Shown in pieces: positions 25,057 through 36,400 of a stretch of DNA of 64,000 bases. A model generated the notes under the pieces. The model searched no databases and had not been told where the DNA came from. It was given only the letters and a program-made list of their open reading frames with translations. The stretch lies in IMG/VR virus record IMGVR_UViG_3300036791_001056, positions 32,001-96,000 of that record, one strand, 5' to 3'. Each line of letters opens with the position of its first letter. Position 1 is the first letter of the stretch. Made by a program: the position numbers and the translations under genes. The DNA comes from a virus.

Positions 25057-25652
25057 TTGACTGCTACGATCGCCTGAAAGCACTGCAGGCGCGTCTCACC
25101 GCTGAAGATATTCGTGCCGCCGCTGCACTCGGTCTGGTAAATGGGTCGCCAGCCTCCGCGTTCAATAACGTTGCGATAGCCCGTCAGGTCCCACGCCCAC
25201 GTGTGAATGGGATTGTGCCACTCACCCGTCTCACGCGAGGGTGATGAGACGATGATGGTTCTGCCGGCAGGAATCCGCTGCAGAAACCTTACTGGGTCCG
25301 CCAAGTGCTCCAGCACCTCACTAGCGATGACCACATCACCGTACTCGAGCTCATCTGTGATGATATCACACTGCCTGACGTCCAGTCCCTGAGCTTGAGC
25401 GTGCTGGACATCACCAGTGCCGAGCTCATACCCCCAAGCGCGCTGGCTCATGGCCAAGATCTTCAGCAGTGCGCCGTCACCACAGCCCACATCAGTGACT
25501 CGCAGGCTCTCATCAGCGCTGAGTCCCATGACCAGATTCACGAGGTTCGTGACCATCTGCGCGCGCTGCTTAAACCCAGGCTGGTTCTCGAGATCCATCC
25601 ATGGGCGGCTGGCGCTGATTACATCCAGCCCCTCGAGGGGGCCCCACTCCAC
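25053..25652 (-). CDS. SAM-dependent methyltransferase
   Basis: DVGCGDG, SEVLEHLADP. Confidence 0.88.
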   Translation of the reverse strand: MEWGPLEGLDVISASRPWMDLENQPGFKQRAQMVTNLVNLVMGLSADESLRVTDVGCGDGALLKILAMSQRAWGYELGTGDVQHAQAQGLDVRQCDIITDELEYGDVVIASEVLEHLADPVRFLQRIPAGRTIIVSSPSRETGEWHNPIHTWAWDLTGYRNVIERGGWRPIYQTECSGGTNIFSGETRLQCFQAIVAVK

Positions 25653-26276
25653 TTACACACCATCCCTCAGCCGGATGATGACCAGCGCGTGCCGTGATCC
25701 TCCGGGAGCCAGCGCGGTAAAGCCGTGCCAGAACTGCTCATCACGGAAGATCAGCACGCTGCCGGCGGGCAGCTCCTCGCGGAGCACCTCCTCTTGCTCA
25801 CCCGTCCGCAAGAAGCTCGCGCCTCCACCCGGCGTCCTGAACAGCGTCCAGATCGCGACGACGTCACCGAACTGATCTTGATGAGGACCCACCTCTACCT
25901 GATCGTCATACCGGAAGTACGTTAGTGCGATCTTCCCGGAGCTGTGGCGCAGCTCCGGCGGGATCAAGTCCAGGAATGCTGTAACCGCGAGCCCGAGCCC
26001 CTCACGCACGATGAAGACGCGCGGGTCATCCGCTGAGCCAAACAGTGAGTCGGCCTCAAACACCCAGCACTGGCCGTCCGCGCCGATCTCATACCGCACG
26101 ACGTCGCGGGCGAACATCTTGCCCCGGGTGCCGATCTCGGTTCCTTGATGCATCAGGTGACTGTTGAACGCCTCTACGACGTGCTCTTCGCGCGGCATGC
26201 TCACGCCATCTGTGGTCAGCACCGCCCAGCCTTGATCAGTCAGCTCGGTGTGAACGCGCGAGAGCACATCGCTCAC
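25653..26276 (-). CDS. 2OG-Fe(II) dioxygenase
   Basis: HQD...GGG...WH...R facial triad pattern. Confidence 0.8.
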   Translation of the reverse strand: MSDVLSRVHTELTDQGWAVLTTDGVSMPREEHVVEAFNSHLMHQGTEIGTRGKMFARDVVRYEIGADGQCWVFEADSLFGSADDPRVFIVREGLGLAVTAFLDLIPPELRHSSGKIALTYFRYDDQVEVGPHQDQFGDVVAIWTLFRTPGGGASFLRTGEQEEVLREELPAGSVLIFRDEQFWHGFTALAPGGSRHALVIIRLRDGV

Positions 26277-26941
26277 AGCAGTCTCCTGATGACATCAGCG
26301 TCCATCGCTACTTGCTGATGGAACGCGGCGCCGTCAAAGCCGGGGACCATGCCCTCGGCGCCGAGCATCTTCCGGCCCTCAGCGTACGTCTGGTCATCGT
26401 GGTTCCCCGTCACATCAGCCCGGTCGTGCATGATCTCAATGTCCACCGGGTCGTGCCGGCCTAGCGCCTCACCCACGCGCTGCCAGTACGTGTCCATGTG
26501 ACTGGACGGTGACGCACACCCCGTCGCGTCTGACCACGCCTTAGGCCACGCAGGAGCGATGTTCGCGTGGTGAACGTGATTAGCGTGCGGCCAGATCACC
26601 GCTGGCCGGTGCTCTCGGATGACGCGGTCCCAGCCCGGCGTGAGCATGCGCATGTCATCATTGAACCACATGAGCCACTCACCCGTGGCCTGCTTAGCCA
26701 GCGCGTTCAGGTACAGGTGCAGGTTGTTGTACCCGTAGCGCTCAGGCGCTACCCACAAGTGCGCACTCGCTGGCCAGAACGGGCTCGTGCTCACCGTGCT
26801 CATCTCAACATCATCAGGATCTGCCGCTACGATGAGCTCAAGCTCATCACGATCAGTGACAGAATCATAGAGCGTGCGAATCGCGGTCAGCAGGCTGACT
26901 CTCCGGCCTCGTGACGCCAAGAGCACACTGATGGAAGTCAC
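26273..26941 (-). CDS. GT-A (GT2-like) glycosyltransferase
   Basis: ISVLLASRGR, WFNDDM. Confidence 0.85.
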   Translation of the reverse strand: MTSISVLLASRGRRVSLLTAIRTLYDSVTDRDELELIVAADPDDVEMSTVSTSPFWPASAHLWVAPERYGYNNLHLYLNALAKQATGEWLMWFNDDMRMLTPGWDRVIREHRPAVIWPHANHVHHANIAPAWPKAWSDATGCASPSSHMDTYWQRVGEALGRHDPVDIEIMHDRADVTGNHDDQTYAEGRKMLGAEGMVPGFDGAAFHQQVAMDADVIRRLL

Positions 26942-27016
26942 GCTGCGGTCCCATCTTCTCCATCGTTATACATCTTCTGTGACCTGACACGATTTTATCA
27001 TGTGAACGCGGCTTAC

Positions 27017-27448
27017 TTACTTGGGTGGGCAGCTCTCCAGCTCTTGCTCAGCGGGAGGTGGAGGCGGGGTCGGCTGCTGCTTTCGCAGCAGTGATCGCGC
27101 AGCGCGCCTCATCACGCCACCGAGCGTGACGCCGAACGTCCCGTGGACCTGCGCTGATATGACGAGGAAGCCTCGCCACAAGATGATGCCGCCGACCATC
27201 CACAGCGCTGTGATGCTGATCCACTCCAGCAGCATCAGCTGGCTCTTCCCCAGCCCGAAATCAGTTTCCAGAATGGATCCCAGCAGCGCCAGTGCGATCG
27301 CTATCTCAAGCGTGACGATGTTGATTCCCCAGAATGACCGCCACCACGGCCACAACCATCCGATAAACGTTATGAACACGATGCTGGCCCAGAACGCGAC
27401 GTTCATCCCCCACTCGGCGAGATCGAGCAGGTACTGCGGTATCGTCAT
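27017..27448 (-). CDS. three-TM membrane protein (holin-like)
   Basis: three hydrophobic helices, located downstream of tail genes. Confidence 0.65.
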   Translation of the reverse strand: MTIPQYLLDLAEWGMNVAFWASIVFITFIGWLWPWWRSFWGINIVTLEIAIALALLGSILETDFGLGKSQLMLLEWISITALWMVGGIILWRGFLVISAQVHGTFGVTLGGVMRRAARSLLRKQQPTPPPPPAEQELESCPPK

Positions 27449-27672
27449 GTTTTCCTGCTGCTCTCAATCAGCTGAATAATCGCGTCAGCCACGTGATTTT
27501 TCTGGTGAAGCTTCCGGATGGCAGGTGCCAAGACTGAGCGTTCCCAGTCAAGCTTCTGCTCTTGGCTCGTCAGGTCGGCCGCCGCCTGGCGGGCGGACTG
27601 CGCGGTGACCACTCTCGCCTGAGCGATTTCCCCGGTTGGTTCGGGCATGCAGCGCCTCCGGAAGAGCTTCAT
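27445..27672 (-). CDS. hypothetical protein (lysis-cassette associated)
   Basis: ATGA coupling; ends ...NHVADAIIQLIE. Confidence 0.55.
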   Translation of the reverse strand: MKLFRRRCMPEPTGEIAQARVVTAQSARQAAADLTSQEQKLDWERSVLAPAIRKLHQKNHVADAIIQLIESSRKT

Positions 27673-27970
27673 GGCCTGCCTGAGTCCTGACTGCGTTCAT
27701 GACGCTGGTGACCATCTGCAGCGCCTCTGTGGTAGACTCTCCGCGCTGGCTGGCGATTCGCAGCGCATCGCGAGTCTTCTCGTGCGCGTCCCGCTCTTGC
27801 ATGTACAGCGACTTCCACTCGCTGCACTCTTCTTGCGTGCGGTCTAGCTCTCGAGATGACACGATCCAGCCCTTGAGCCACACGATGATCCAGAGCCCGG
27901 CGACGCCACCGTTTGTGAGCAGTGGCACGTACTGCGCCAGGTCTGACCACTGGATTCCTGAGGTACTCAT
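27548..27970 (-). CDS. membrane-anchored coiled-coil protein
   Basis: N-terminal TM followed by coiled coil. Confidence 0.6.
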   Translation of the reverse strand: MSTSGIQWSDLAQYVPLLTNGGVAGLWIIVWLKGWIVSSRELDRTQEECSEWKSLYMQERDAHEKTRDALRIASQRGESTTEALQMVTSVMNAVRTQAGHEALPEALHARTNRGNRSGESGHRAVRPPGGGRPDEPRAEA

Positions 27971-27973
27971 CGA

Positions 27974-29770
27974 CTATTCGCAGAGCCATACGACGCCGAA
28001 GTTACTCTGGTGACCGGCTGTGACGTTGGTACTGAATGTGGCGCCTCCGTCTTGCTGCTGGTACTGGGGCATTACCGAGTCCCCGGCGCGCAGGTAATAG
28101 ATGCCGATTGCGTCAGCGCCGGGCCCCGTCGGGACGGTGTTGGTGCTGATGTGCTGGTACGTGTCAGGCAGCGACGCACCCGGCGGGCTAGCCAGCACGC
28201 CTGCCATCAGTGACGCCGTAGCTGACGCGGTAGCTTGGATAAAGCCTCCCTGCACGAGGTACCAGCCACTGACCGGAGCCGAGTACTTATTACTGGCACC
28301 GCTGGTCCAGCCGCCGTAATTGTCACCTGCGGAGGCGTGGACGATTCCTCCCAAGGTGTCCATGGTAATTGTGTGCCACGCGTTCTGCGATAGTCCCGTT
28401 TGCGCGGTGTTCTGCCACGCGAGCATGTATGGCCGCTGGAGAAAGAAGCTGAGGTCGCCCGTCAAGTGAGTCTGGAACTGCGCGGTGAGATTGGTGCTGG
28501 ACGTCGTCAAGTTGCTGCCCGGCGTGCCAGCCTGCCACCGGAATCCCACATCGGGTGCGGGCCACGCTACCGAGCCGTTTGATCCCGCCAGCGTGCTCAG
28601 CCACACGCCGAGCAGCCGGCTCGGCTGGGTGTTGCTGAGCGCATCAGTACTGCTGGCGTTGGTGAACAGCTGAACGGTGTCGCCTTGCTGCAGGTCCAAG
28701 AGCCGCGTTACCTGCGCTGAGTGATTGGTGGAGACGGCACCAGTGGCGTATCCCGGCCCCCACCAGACAGTACCTCCGTTAACGCGGATTCCCGCCAGCA
28801 GTGATCCCGTGGAGGCGGCCGTGTACCACGTCATGCCGTGAACGAGGTACACACCCGTCACGGGAACGGTGTATGTGTTCGAGCCGGCGCTCCACGCTCC
28901 CCACGAGTCGATCTGCGCGGTAGTCAGCGGCACTAGCGTGTTCGTGTTCGCCGTGATGGCTGTGCTTAGTGTGGTTCCCACGCGGAACACGGGTGGATTG
29001 TACAGGAACTTCAGCGGGTTGCCGAGAGCAGCGCCGCTGAGCAGTGAGCTCGTCACAGCACTGCTCGGTGTCCAGGCCGTCGGTGTGGGCGGGCTGCCGG
29101 TGCCTGTTGTGGCGCCGCCGGTGCTAACGCAGACCCACGTACCGTAGAATCGCGTCTGCTGCCCACTCCAGTCCAGTGACGTAGGACCGACCGTTGTGAA
29201 TGAGAATGAGCTGGATGACGCGTCTGCGCAGAATCCCTCGAGGCTGGTGAACTGGCCACTGCTCGCGCTCACCAGATCGAGGACATACGGCCCGTTGTTG
29301 TGCGCTGTCGACGATAGCTGGTAGCCGCCGGGTACGACAGTCCCATTCTCATTCAGTGCTGCGCCAGATACCCCGGCGTTGGTTGTCGATGAGAAGTTTG
29401 GCGATCCCCAGATGAGATGATAGCCACCGTTCTGGCCAGCGGCTCCTGCTGATCCGGGAACTGCCGGGTTGTACCGGCCGCTGGAGTTCTGCCACTGCGT
29501 ATCACCGCCCCCGCCGAACAGTGACGCTGAGTCAAAGAAGTTCAGCCACGCGAACCCGGCACCCGTCGTTGATGTGAACACGCCTGTTGGTGAGCTGGCC
29601 TGGCCACTGGCCGCTGACTGCAGTGCCTCAAACAGCAGCTGCCTGTTGGCCGTGTACAAAATGCCGTTAGGCGTGAAGTTGTTGCCCGGCGTGAACGTGT
29701 ACAGCGTGGTATTCAGGTACTTCGCGGTGACGTTCCCGTCTGTTGTGAACGTTACCGGGTTGACAGGCAT
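27974..29770 (-). CDS. minor tail / receptor-binding protein (C1q-like repeats)
   Basis: two YT(V/A)PV(T/S)GxYLV-type beta domains; S/T/G-rich. Confidence 0.75.
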   Translation of the reverse strand: MPVNPVTFTTDGNVTAKYLNTTLYTFTPGNNFTPNGILYTANRQLLFEALQSAASGQASSPTGVFTSTTGAGFAWLNFFDSASLFGGGGDTQWQNSSGRYNPAVPGSAGAAGQNGGYHLIWGSPNFSSTTNAGVSGAALNENGTVVPGGYQLSSTAHNNGPYVLDLVSASSGQFTSLEGFCADASSSSFSFTTVGPTSLDWSGQQTRFYGTWVCVSTGGATTGTGSPPTPTAWTPSSAVTSSLLSGAALGNPLKFLYNPPVFRVGTTLSTAITANTNTLVPLTTAQIDSWGAWSAGSNTYTVPVTGVYLVHGMTWYTAASTGSLLAGIRVNGGTVWWGPGYATGAVSTNHSAQVTRLLDLQQGDTVQLFTNASSTDALSNTQPSRLLGVWLSTLAGSNGSVAWPAPDVGFRWQAGTPGSNLTTSSTNLTAQFQTHLTGDLSFFLQRPYMLAWQNTAQTGLSQNAWHTITMDTLGGIVHASAGDNYGGWTSGASNKYSAPVSGWYLVQGGFIQATASATASLMAGVLASPPGASLPDTYQHISTNTVPTGPGADAIGIYYLRAGDSVMPQYQQQDGGATFSTNVTAGHQSNFGVVWLCE

Positions 29771-32700
29771 TACCAGCCCAGCACATTCGAGCCGAGGTTG
29801 TCATACGGCGAGACGTCAGCAGTGAGTACCTCACCCTCTTGCACGTAAGGTGACTGCTGGTACGTCACTGTGTACACTCCTGGCCCGATCTTAGTGTCCA
29901 CCTTCTGGATGATCACCGGCAGGCTGTACACCTGCGCTCCTACCGGCCGCCGGTTCGTAACGGCTACGTCTGCGACGTCAGTCTGCAGCACCTTGGTAAA
30001 GAACAGCGGGTTCTTCATCGGGTTTACCGTGACCTGCTGGACACGCAGCCGTGGCTGCGCGTACTTACTCAGCCGCCAGTAAGCCACGTCATACGCGTCT
30101 TGCGCAGACGAGCCGGAAACGGTGACTGCTTGTGGCCCGCGCGTGAAGTACTGGTTGATAGATGACTGGCTCTTCTCGACCGGAGAGATGAGGGTAGACG
30201 GTCCCTGGGTGAGAGTTCCCTGCGTTACGTTCTGGACGTATGTGTTGTCATAGTCCAGGCCGAAGGCCGGGTCATACGCCACCTCACCAGCGGTGAGCGT
30301 TACCACAGCCGCTTGAGTATAGATTGAGTTGCCCGCGCCGAGAGTGGGAGCGATCCGCGCATAGCCGAATGCGGCACTAGAGTCAGATATTTGCGTCGTC
30401 TGGACGAACGTCCACGTACTGGCTTGAACGGTGAGCGTAGCTGTGGTTGTCGAGAGGAATGAGTGTGAGCTGTCTTGCCAGTCAAAGCCAATGATCACGG
30501 TTGACTGCGTTGTGAACACCCAGGCACCAATGGTGTATTGAGTTGATGCGCTGGCGGCGAACGGCGTGCCAGACTCTTCTGCCGCGGCAGCGCCTGCCCC
30601 GCTGATGGTAAAGAGCAGTGCCCAGTGGTACTGTGCGCCTGCAGGTGGGCTGCTGGTAGCACTGATTGTGCCGTTCAGCGCGCTCCATGATGATGTGCTG
30701 CCATTGGTGAAGAACGCGTTCGCGTTCAAGATTGCCAGCGCGTTGTCCCCGAACGTCACACTGCTCGGTGTGTTGAACGTGGTTGGCCGTGGTAGCAAGA
30801 CGAGGTTCCCATTGCCGCTGCAGTACCACGTGGCGCCGCTGCTGATTGCGTCACTGTTCAGTGCGTCAGCCAGCGCGGTGCCATTGGTAGCGTAAGCAGC
30901 AGACAATTGGAAGGCATCAGTGATGCTACTGCCTGGGCCTCCCGGGCTCAGGCCAAGAGTAGCCCACGCCAGGTAGCGCCCGAAGCGTGTGGAGATTGAG
31001 TCACCGCTGAAGCCAGTGACGCCGGCTGAGTAGTGTGACGCGATCCGTGCTGGGCTCATGGCGTAAGAGTAGATGTTGCTGTACGCCTGCGAGTAATTTA
31101 TCCCGGGAGTGGACGGTGAGTAGGTGTACGGTGCCTGCCCCAGCGTGACTGCTACGAGTGGTTGCTGCAGGAAGTTCGTCGTGACCGCGAATGAGTTCCC
31201 ACCGTTGAGGTAGCACGTCCCGGCTCCGCCGGGCTTAATCACCAGCATGACGTGAGTCAACGCGCCCCAGTTAATGGAAATTGAGTTCGAAGCGGTGATG
31301 CCAGCCGCCGCGTGCTCAATCAAGATCTGGTACTGTGAGGATGAGATCGCCTCGACGCCAATGGCTCCATACCACCCAGGTGGCCAGTTTACCTTGGCCG
31401 CCGCTGGCTGAGCGCCGAGTGATGGCGTGGTGTACAGCGTGACGTTCCACGTGTTCAGCACCGTTACGCCTGGATTGGGGATGATCGCCCAGTACTCAAC
31501 CGTTATCCCGCTGCTTGCGGTGACGCCGGGCAGTGCCGTGTCTGGCCCGTAGATCGCACCTGACTGGCGGAATCCGCTGAAGTCAGGAGAGCTCAGCCCC
31601 GTGACGCCCATCGCGGTGCCCGAGTCGCCCAAGAACCCGATGGACTGACCCGTCTGGATGTTGCTGCCGATGTACGTGGCGGTCTTCTGGTTGCTGCGGC
31701 TGGTGTTGACCGCGATGAGCCCATTGGCGTTTGCCGCTGTGAACTGCACACCGTTAGCCGTGTTGCTGCTGGTCGAGTATGATTCGCTGAACGGGAAGCA
31801 GAAGTACGGGCCATCAGCAAGGATCTCACCCTGCACAGCAGACGGCAAGTTCACTGATGTAACTACACCAATCTGGTCAGTCGCGATCATCAGCGAGAAG
31901 CCCCACTGCCGCATGTCGGGCCAGACCTGCGGCCACCGCTCGACAAACCCGCTGCCGACAGCGTACCGGCGGCCGTGCCAGAACGCGGACACGCGGACTG
32001 GTGTGCCGAGCTGGACCAGCCCGGTGCTTACTGCTGAGCCGCCAGCGACTAGCGCGGCCTCAGCCACGTTAAACGGGTTGCTCGACGTAGGTGACCCGTT
32101 CAGCGACACGATCAGCGCAGCGAACGCTGAGGTGGCGGGAGGCGTGATCCCGGTAAAGGACACGAACGTCCACGTTCCCGCGCTCAGCGGGATGTTACTG
32201 CCCGTGGAGGTGCTGATCGGGCTGCCGCCCGCTGTGAACCAGTTGACTTGGATGTGCGCGCCGTTCGCCCAGCCTCCGGGTGAGTTGACCCACGCTGACC
32301 CGCTGTACGTGCTGTTCACGCTGACGGCCACCCGCTCAGAAACCGCCGCTGACGCACCTGCACTGGGTGTGACCAGCATCGATGAGTACGCGATCGCGTT
32401 CACACCGGTCGCGAATGTGGGTGAAGATACCTGTGTGATGATCACGCCGCCAGCCCCTGCTGACCACGGCGCCAGGCCTGACTGAAAGCTCATGTTCGCG
32501 TTCAGCGCGTTCGAGTAGAACGGCGATCCCACGTTCGTGGGATTGAACGCACCAGTCAGGTTGCTCAGCGCAATGTTGAGTGTTCCCGCCTCGGGCTGCG
32601 ACAGCTCGTACTGCCGGCCCCGTGAGATCTCGATGCTGGCGACATCGTTCCCAGCCAGCGTGTACGAGGTAATGTCCGTCCACGCGGTGTCGGTGATCCC

Positions 32701-33489
32701 AGTCGTCGCGTCGCCCGGGACAGCACCGAGAGCCAGCTCAGTCTTGATGACCGGGAAGTTCGGGTTGCCCGTCACTGGTGTGAACGTGGCCTGGCTGATG
32801 CCTACCATCACTCCGGCGGCGTATGACGACGCGACGGTCCACGATCCGGTCACCGCTGTATTAGCTGCTACGGTCGCGTACGCGTTGGCTGCCCAGATCT
32901 CCGCTGGTGCTGCTGCGCCGCTGCTGCCTTGCGAGTCTACCGTGAACGGCGCGCCGGGACCGGTTATGCTTGAGGTAACTGTGGCAGCCGCGAGCGAGAA
33001 GACGTAATCAGCTGTGCTCGTTGTGGCGGTCAGCGGAATGGACGTAACTGCGCCGTTAGTGCCCGAGCTGAATGTGGTAATGAAGTCGATCTGAGGCGCA
33101 TAGCCGTACGGCACACCTGAGAACTCGCTCAGCTGCCATGTGGCTGACGCGGTGTAGCCCTGCAGGGCGAATGACACCCATCCGTTCGCCGTTGCGGCGG
33201 GAATGGCCAGCGGGTTGCTGCACATCCAGATCGCGCAACGTGCCGCAGAGCCAGTGTTGCCCGAGTCACCGATCAGCTGCCACCAGTTGCCCTGCGAGTC
33301 AGCTACGCTGGATGCCGGCACAGTCCCAGCGAATCCCACGTCTTGCGCTGACGTGTTCCACACGCCGAACAAGATCAGCAGGTTGCCCTCAGCGTTTCCC
33401 GGCACCGTGGAGTACGGACCGATCCCGCTGACGTTGCCGTTGACGCCGAACCCGAATGGCGGCCAGTCACTCACGAGGGTCAGCGCCAC
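29770..33489 (-). CDS. large minor tail protein with carbohydrate-binding-like domains
   Basis: ISRGRQYELSQPEAGT motif; two CBM-like repeats; follows the tape measure gene. Confidence 0.8.
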   Translation of the reverse strand: MALTLVSDWPPFGFGVNGNVSGIGPYSTVPGNAEGNLLILFGVWNTSAQDVGFAGTVPASSVADSQGNWWQLIGDSGNTGSAARCAIWMCSNPLAIPAATANGWVSFALQGYTASATWQLSEFSGVPYGYAPQIDFITTFSSGTNGAVTSIPLTATTSTADYVFSLAAATVTSSITGPGAPFTVDSQGSSGAAAPAEIWAANAYATVAANTAVTGSWTVASSYAAGVMVGISQATFTPVTGNPNFPVIKTELALGAVPGDATTGITDTAWTDITSYTLAGNDVASIEISRGRQYELSQPEAGTLNIALSNLTGAFNPTNVGSPFYSNALNANMSFQSGLAPWSAGAGGVIITQVSSPTFATGVNAIAYSSMLVTPSAGASAAVSERVAVSVNSTYSGSAWVNSPGGWANGAHIQVNWFTAGGSPISTSTGSNIPLSAGTWTFVSFTGITPPATSAFAALIVSLNGSPTSSNPFNVAEAALVAGGSAVSTGLVQLGTPVRVSAFWHGRRYAVGSGFVERWPQVWPDMRQWGFSLMIATDQIGVVTSVNLPSAVQGEILADGPYFCFPFSESYSTSSNTANGVQFTAANANGLIAVNTSRSNQKTATYIGSNIQTGQSIGFLGDSGTAMGVTGLSSPDFSGFRQSGAIYGPDTALPGVTASSGITVEYWAIIPNPGVTVLNTWNVTLYTTPSLGAQPAAAKVNWPPGWYGAIGVEAISSSQYQILIEHAAAGITASNSISINWGALTHVMLVIKPGGAGTCYLNGGNSFAVTTNFLQQPLVAVTLGQAPYTYSPSTPGINYSQAYSNIYSYAMSPARIASHYSAGVTGFSGDSISTRFGRYLAWATLGLSPGGPGSSITDAFQLSAAYATNGTALADALNSDAISSGATWYCSGNGNLVLLPRPTTFNTPSSVTFGDNALAILNANAFFTNGSTSSWSALNGTISATSSPPAGAQYHWALLFTISGAGAAAAEESGTPFAASASTQYTIGAWVFTTQSTVIIGFDWQDSSHSFLSTTTATLTVQASTWTFVQTTQISDSSAAFGYARIAPTLGAGNSIYTQAAVVTLTAGEVAYDPAFGLDYDNTYVQNVTQGTLTQGPSTLISPVEKSQSSINQYFTRGPQAVTVSGSSAQDAYDVAYWRLSKYAQPRLRVQQVTVNPMKNPLFFTKVLQTDVADVAVTNRRPVGAQVYSLPVIIQKVDTKIGPGVYTVTYQQSPYVQEGEVLTADVSPYDNLGSNVLGW

Positions 33490-33492
33490 GAC

Positions 33493-36400
33493 TCAGAGCC
33501 CCAATCCCGGCTTCAGTGTCCCAGTGACCACGCCGCTGTTGCGGATGTTGTACCGGTACGACTCCTGCTTGACGAACGTGAAGAGCGCCTGTTCGTTGAT
33601 CTTACCATCCACCTTGATGGCTTGGTGAACGACCAGCACCTGGGGACCGGACATTGAGCCGGTGATCACTCCTGGCGGGACGGCCGTTGCCGGGCTGCCG
33701 GTCACGCTGACGCTGAGGCTGCCACCGCCACTGGTCAGCCCCATGTCACGCAGGTGCTGCAGGTGCTTTTCGTGCAAGATGTGCCAGTAGTGATCAAACT
33801 GCGCGACCAGCCGGCTCATCTGAGTCTCTACAATGTGTCTCATCGGGCCAAAGGAGTTCTGCAGCTGAGCGGTCAGTGACTGCGCCATCGCCTTCATCTG
33901 CGCCAGTACCCGGCCCGCGCTGCCGCTGATGCCGATGCGCAGCCCGTCCATCAGCCAGATGCCGGCCTGCGTGAACAGCTTAGACGGTGACCCGAAGCCG
34001 AAGAAGTGCTTAGCAGCTCCCCACAGGCTCGAGCCAACTGACTGGATCGCACTGGCAGCTGCGCCAGCCATGGAGGTAATGCCGTTGATGAGTCCCTGGA
34101 TGATGGCCCTGCCCGCGCTGAGCAGCAAAGTGCCAAACCCGCTGGCGATGGTCGTGATGATGTTGACAATGGCGTGGAACGCCGTGCTGGTGAGCGTCTT
34201 CATGTCATTGAAGGCCTTGCTCCAGTGCCCGGTGATTATGTCCAGGATCGTGCCCACTATCCCGAGCATGATGCTCAGCCCGCTCTGGATAGCGATCTTG
34301 ATCAAGTTAACCGCGGTCTGGACCACGCCCTTGATGATGTCCCACGCAGCGCGGAACAGGCCCTTCAGCACATCGAGCGCCGCGGTGGTGATCCCATTGA
34401 TCAGTCCCCAGGCAACCTTAGCAACCCCGCTGATCACGCCCCACACGTTCTTCCACATGCTCTCCAGCGCACCAGTGCCGCCGCGCAAGAAGCTCATGAT
34501 GCCGCTCCACGCGGTGGTGATTATGGCGTGGATTACCTTCCACGCCACCCGCATGACGGTGGCCATCTCTTGCGCGTGCGCTGACCACCACGGATCGAAG
34601 ATGCCCATGATCATGCTCTTGATGCCGCTGAACAGGCGCACCACCGGAGCGATGAGCGCGCCCCAGATCGGGTTCCACGCAGCTGGCACTGCCTTGGTCA
34701 GGTAACTGGCGACGGCGGTCCAAGCGACTTGCATGGCGTGCGGCAGAGAGTTCTTGAACCAGTCGAAGACCCCGTCCCACGCCGCCATGAACGCGTGCTC
34801 CACCTGCCCCCACAGGCCGGGCTTGCCGAGGTTGGCCACTGCTTGAGATGTGCTCGCCAGCTTATCGCGGATCCTGGTCAGGGGCTTCTCGCCCGCTGAC
34901 ACCGTCTCCCACAGCTTGGTGGCCTGCGCGGAGCTCAGGCCCATGGACTCGGCCCAGCCCACGAAGTGTGCCTCAGCGCTCTTACTGTTCTTGTCGATGG
35001 ACAGGAACATCTCCGCCACCTGCCGGCCGGCCACGATTGTCTGGGCGCTGTTCGGGCCGAACTTGATCAGCTTGTCCGCGAAGTCGGTGAGCGTCTTCTG
35101 CCCGCCGAGCGCCGTCAGCGTCGCCTGCGCCAGCGCGGGATTGAGGTCGCTCTGCAGCGTGTTGCCGAGCAGTGCTGCGTCTCGGCTGAGGTTGGACGCT
35201 CCGACGGTCGCCTGCATCGAGGCGTTGTACAGCTGCAGCAGCGGGTTCTTGGTAGTCCCAGCCCAGCGGCTCAGCGCCTGCAGGTTGGTGCTGGCCGGCC
35301 CGCCCGCCTCCTGCGCGAGCGCGCTGATCTCAGCCGCAGCGGCCTTGTTGCCGCCGGCCAGCGGGACCAGCGCGGACACGGCGTTCTTGACGAACTTCGT
35401 GAAGTTGCCCAGCCCGCCGCTGACCGCCTGCGCGCTGCGGAACGCGTCGAACGTCTGCTGGACGTTCTGGTAGACCGACTGGAACTGCTGCTGCAGCGTG
35501 ACGGCGCTGCCACCGAGCCCAGTCATGGCGGCGCCCGCGGTGCCAGCATTCTTAGCGAACGTCTGCAGTCCGGACGCCAGCGTGAGAATGGTGTCCACCG
35601 GCCCGGAGACGATCTTAGTGAATGAGTCCCACGCTGAGTTGATGCTCTGCATCGACTTCAGCTGACTGGACTCGCTCACCAGCAGGGCGTTCATGTCGCC
35701 GCCGATGGCACCGAGCTGCTGTCCCATTGCTTGATATCCGCTGATCAGCCCGTGAACCTGCTCCTTGTCAGCCGCCCAGACTTGACCTTGCTTAGTAAAC
35801 AAGTCAGACGCCTTAACGCCTGCAGTCTGCAGCAGCGCCAGTGCCTGGGGCATGCTGATGCCGTACGCCCTCTGCAGAGCGCCCACGTGCTGCAGCTCCA
35901 TCTGCAGCTTGCCACTCAGGTCAGCTTGGTTGTTAGCCAGCTCAGTGACGTTGCCGGTAGCAGTCTTCTGTGAGTACGCCAGCTCTTGCGTGTTCCGCGC
36001 CAGCGCAGAGACGGTGGTACCGAGCATGTTGAGGTTGCTGGCGGCCTCGACCGACTTGTTCAGCGAGCTGATCCACCGCTGCGTTGTGTCCGGCATCATG
36101 CCTAGGTACACGCCGACGCCGGCGATCGCGGCCGCCAGCAGCGTGAACCACACAACTGGCCCGCCCGGCAGCGCAGCGGCGAGCCCGGACAGCCCCTTGG
36201 CAAAGATCCCAGCCTTGGCGCCGCCCTCCGCGAATGACGTGCCCGCCTTAGCCGCTGCCTCCTCAGCGCTGACGGCTGACTTGCCGGTTCCCAGGAACGC
36301 CAGCGCCAGGTTAGCGGCTCCCTGCGCGCCGCCCTCCAGGTCCTTGGTGAGCGCGCTCAACCCCTCAGCGCTGCCCGTGGTCTTAGCGGCCAGGTCCTCG

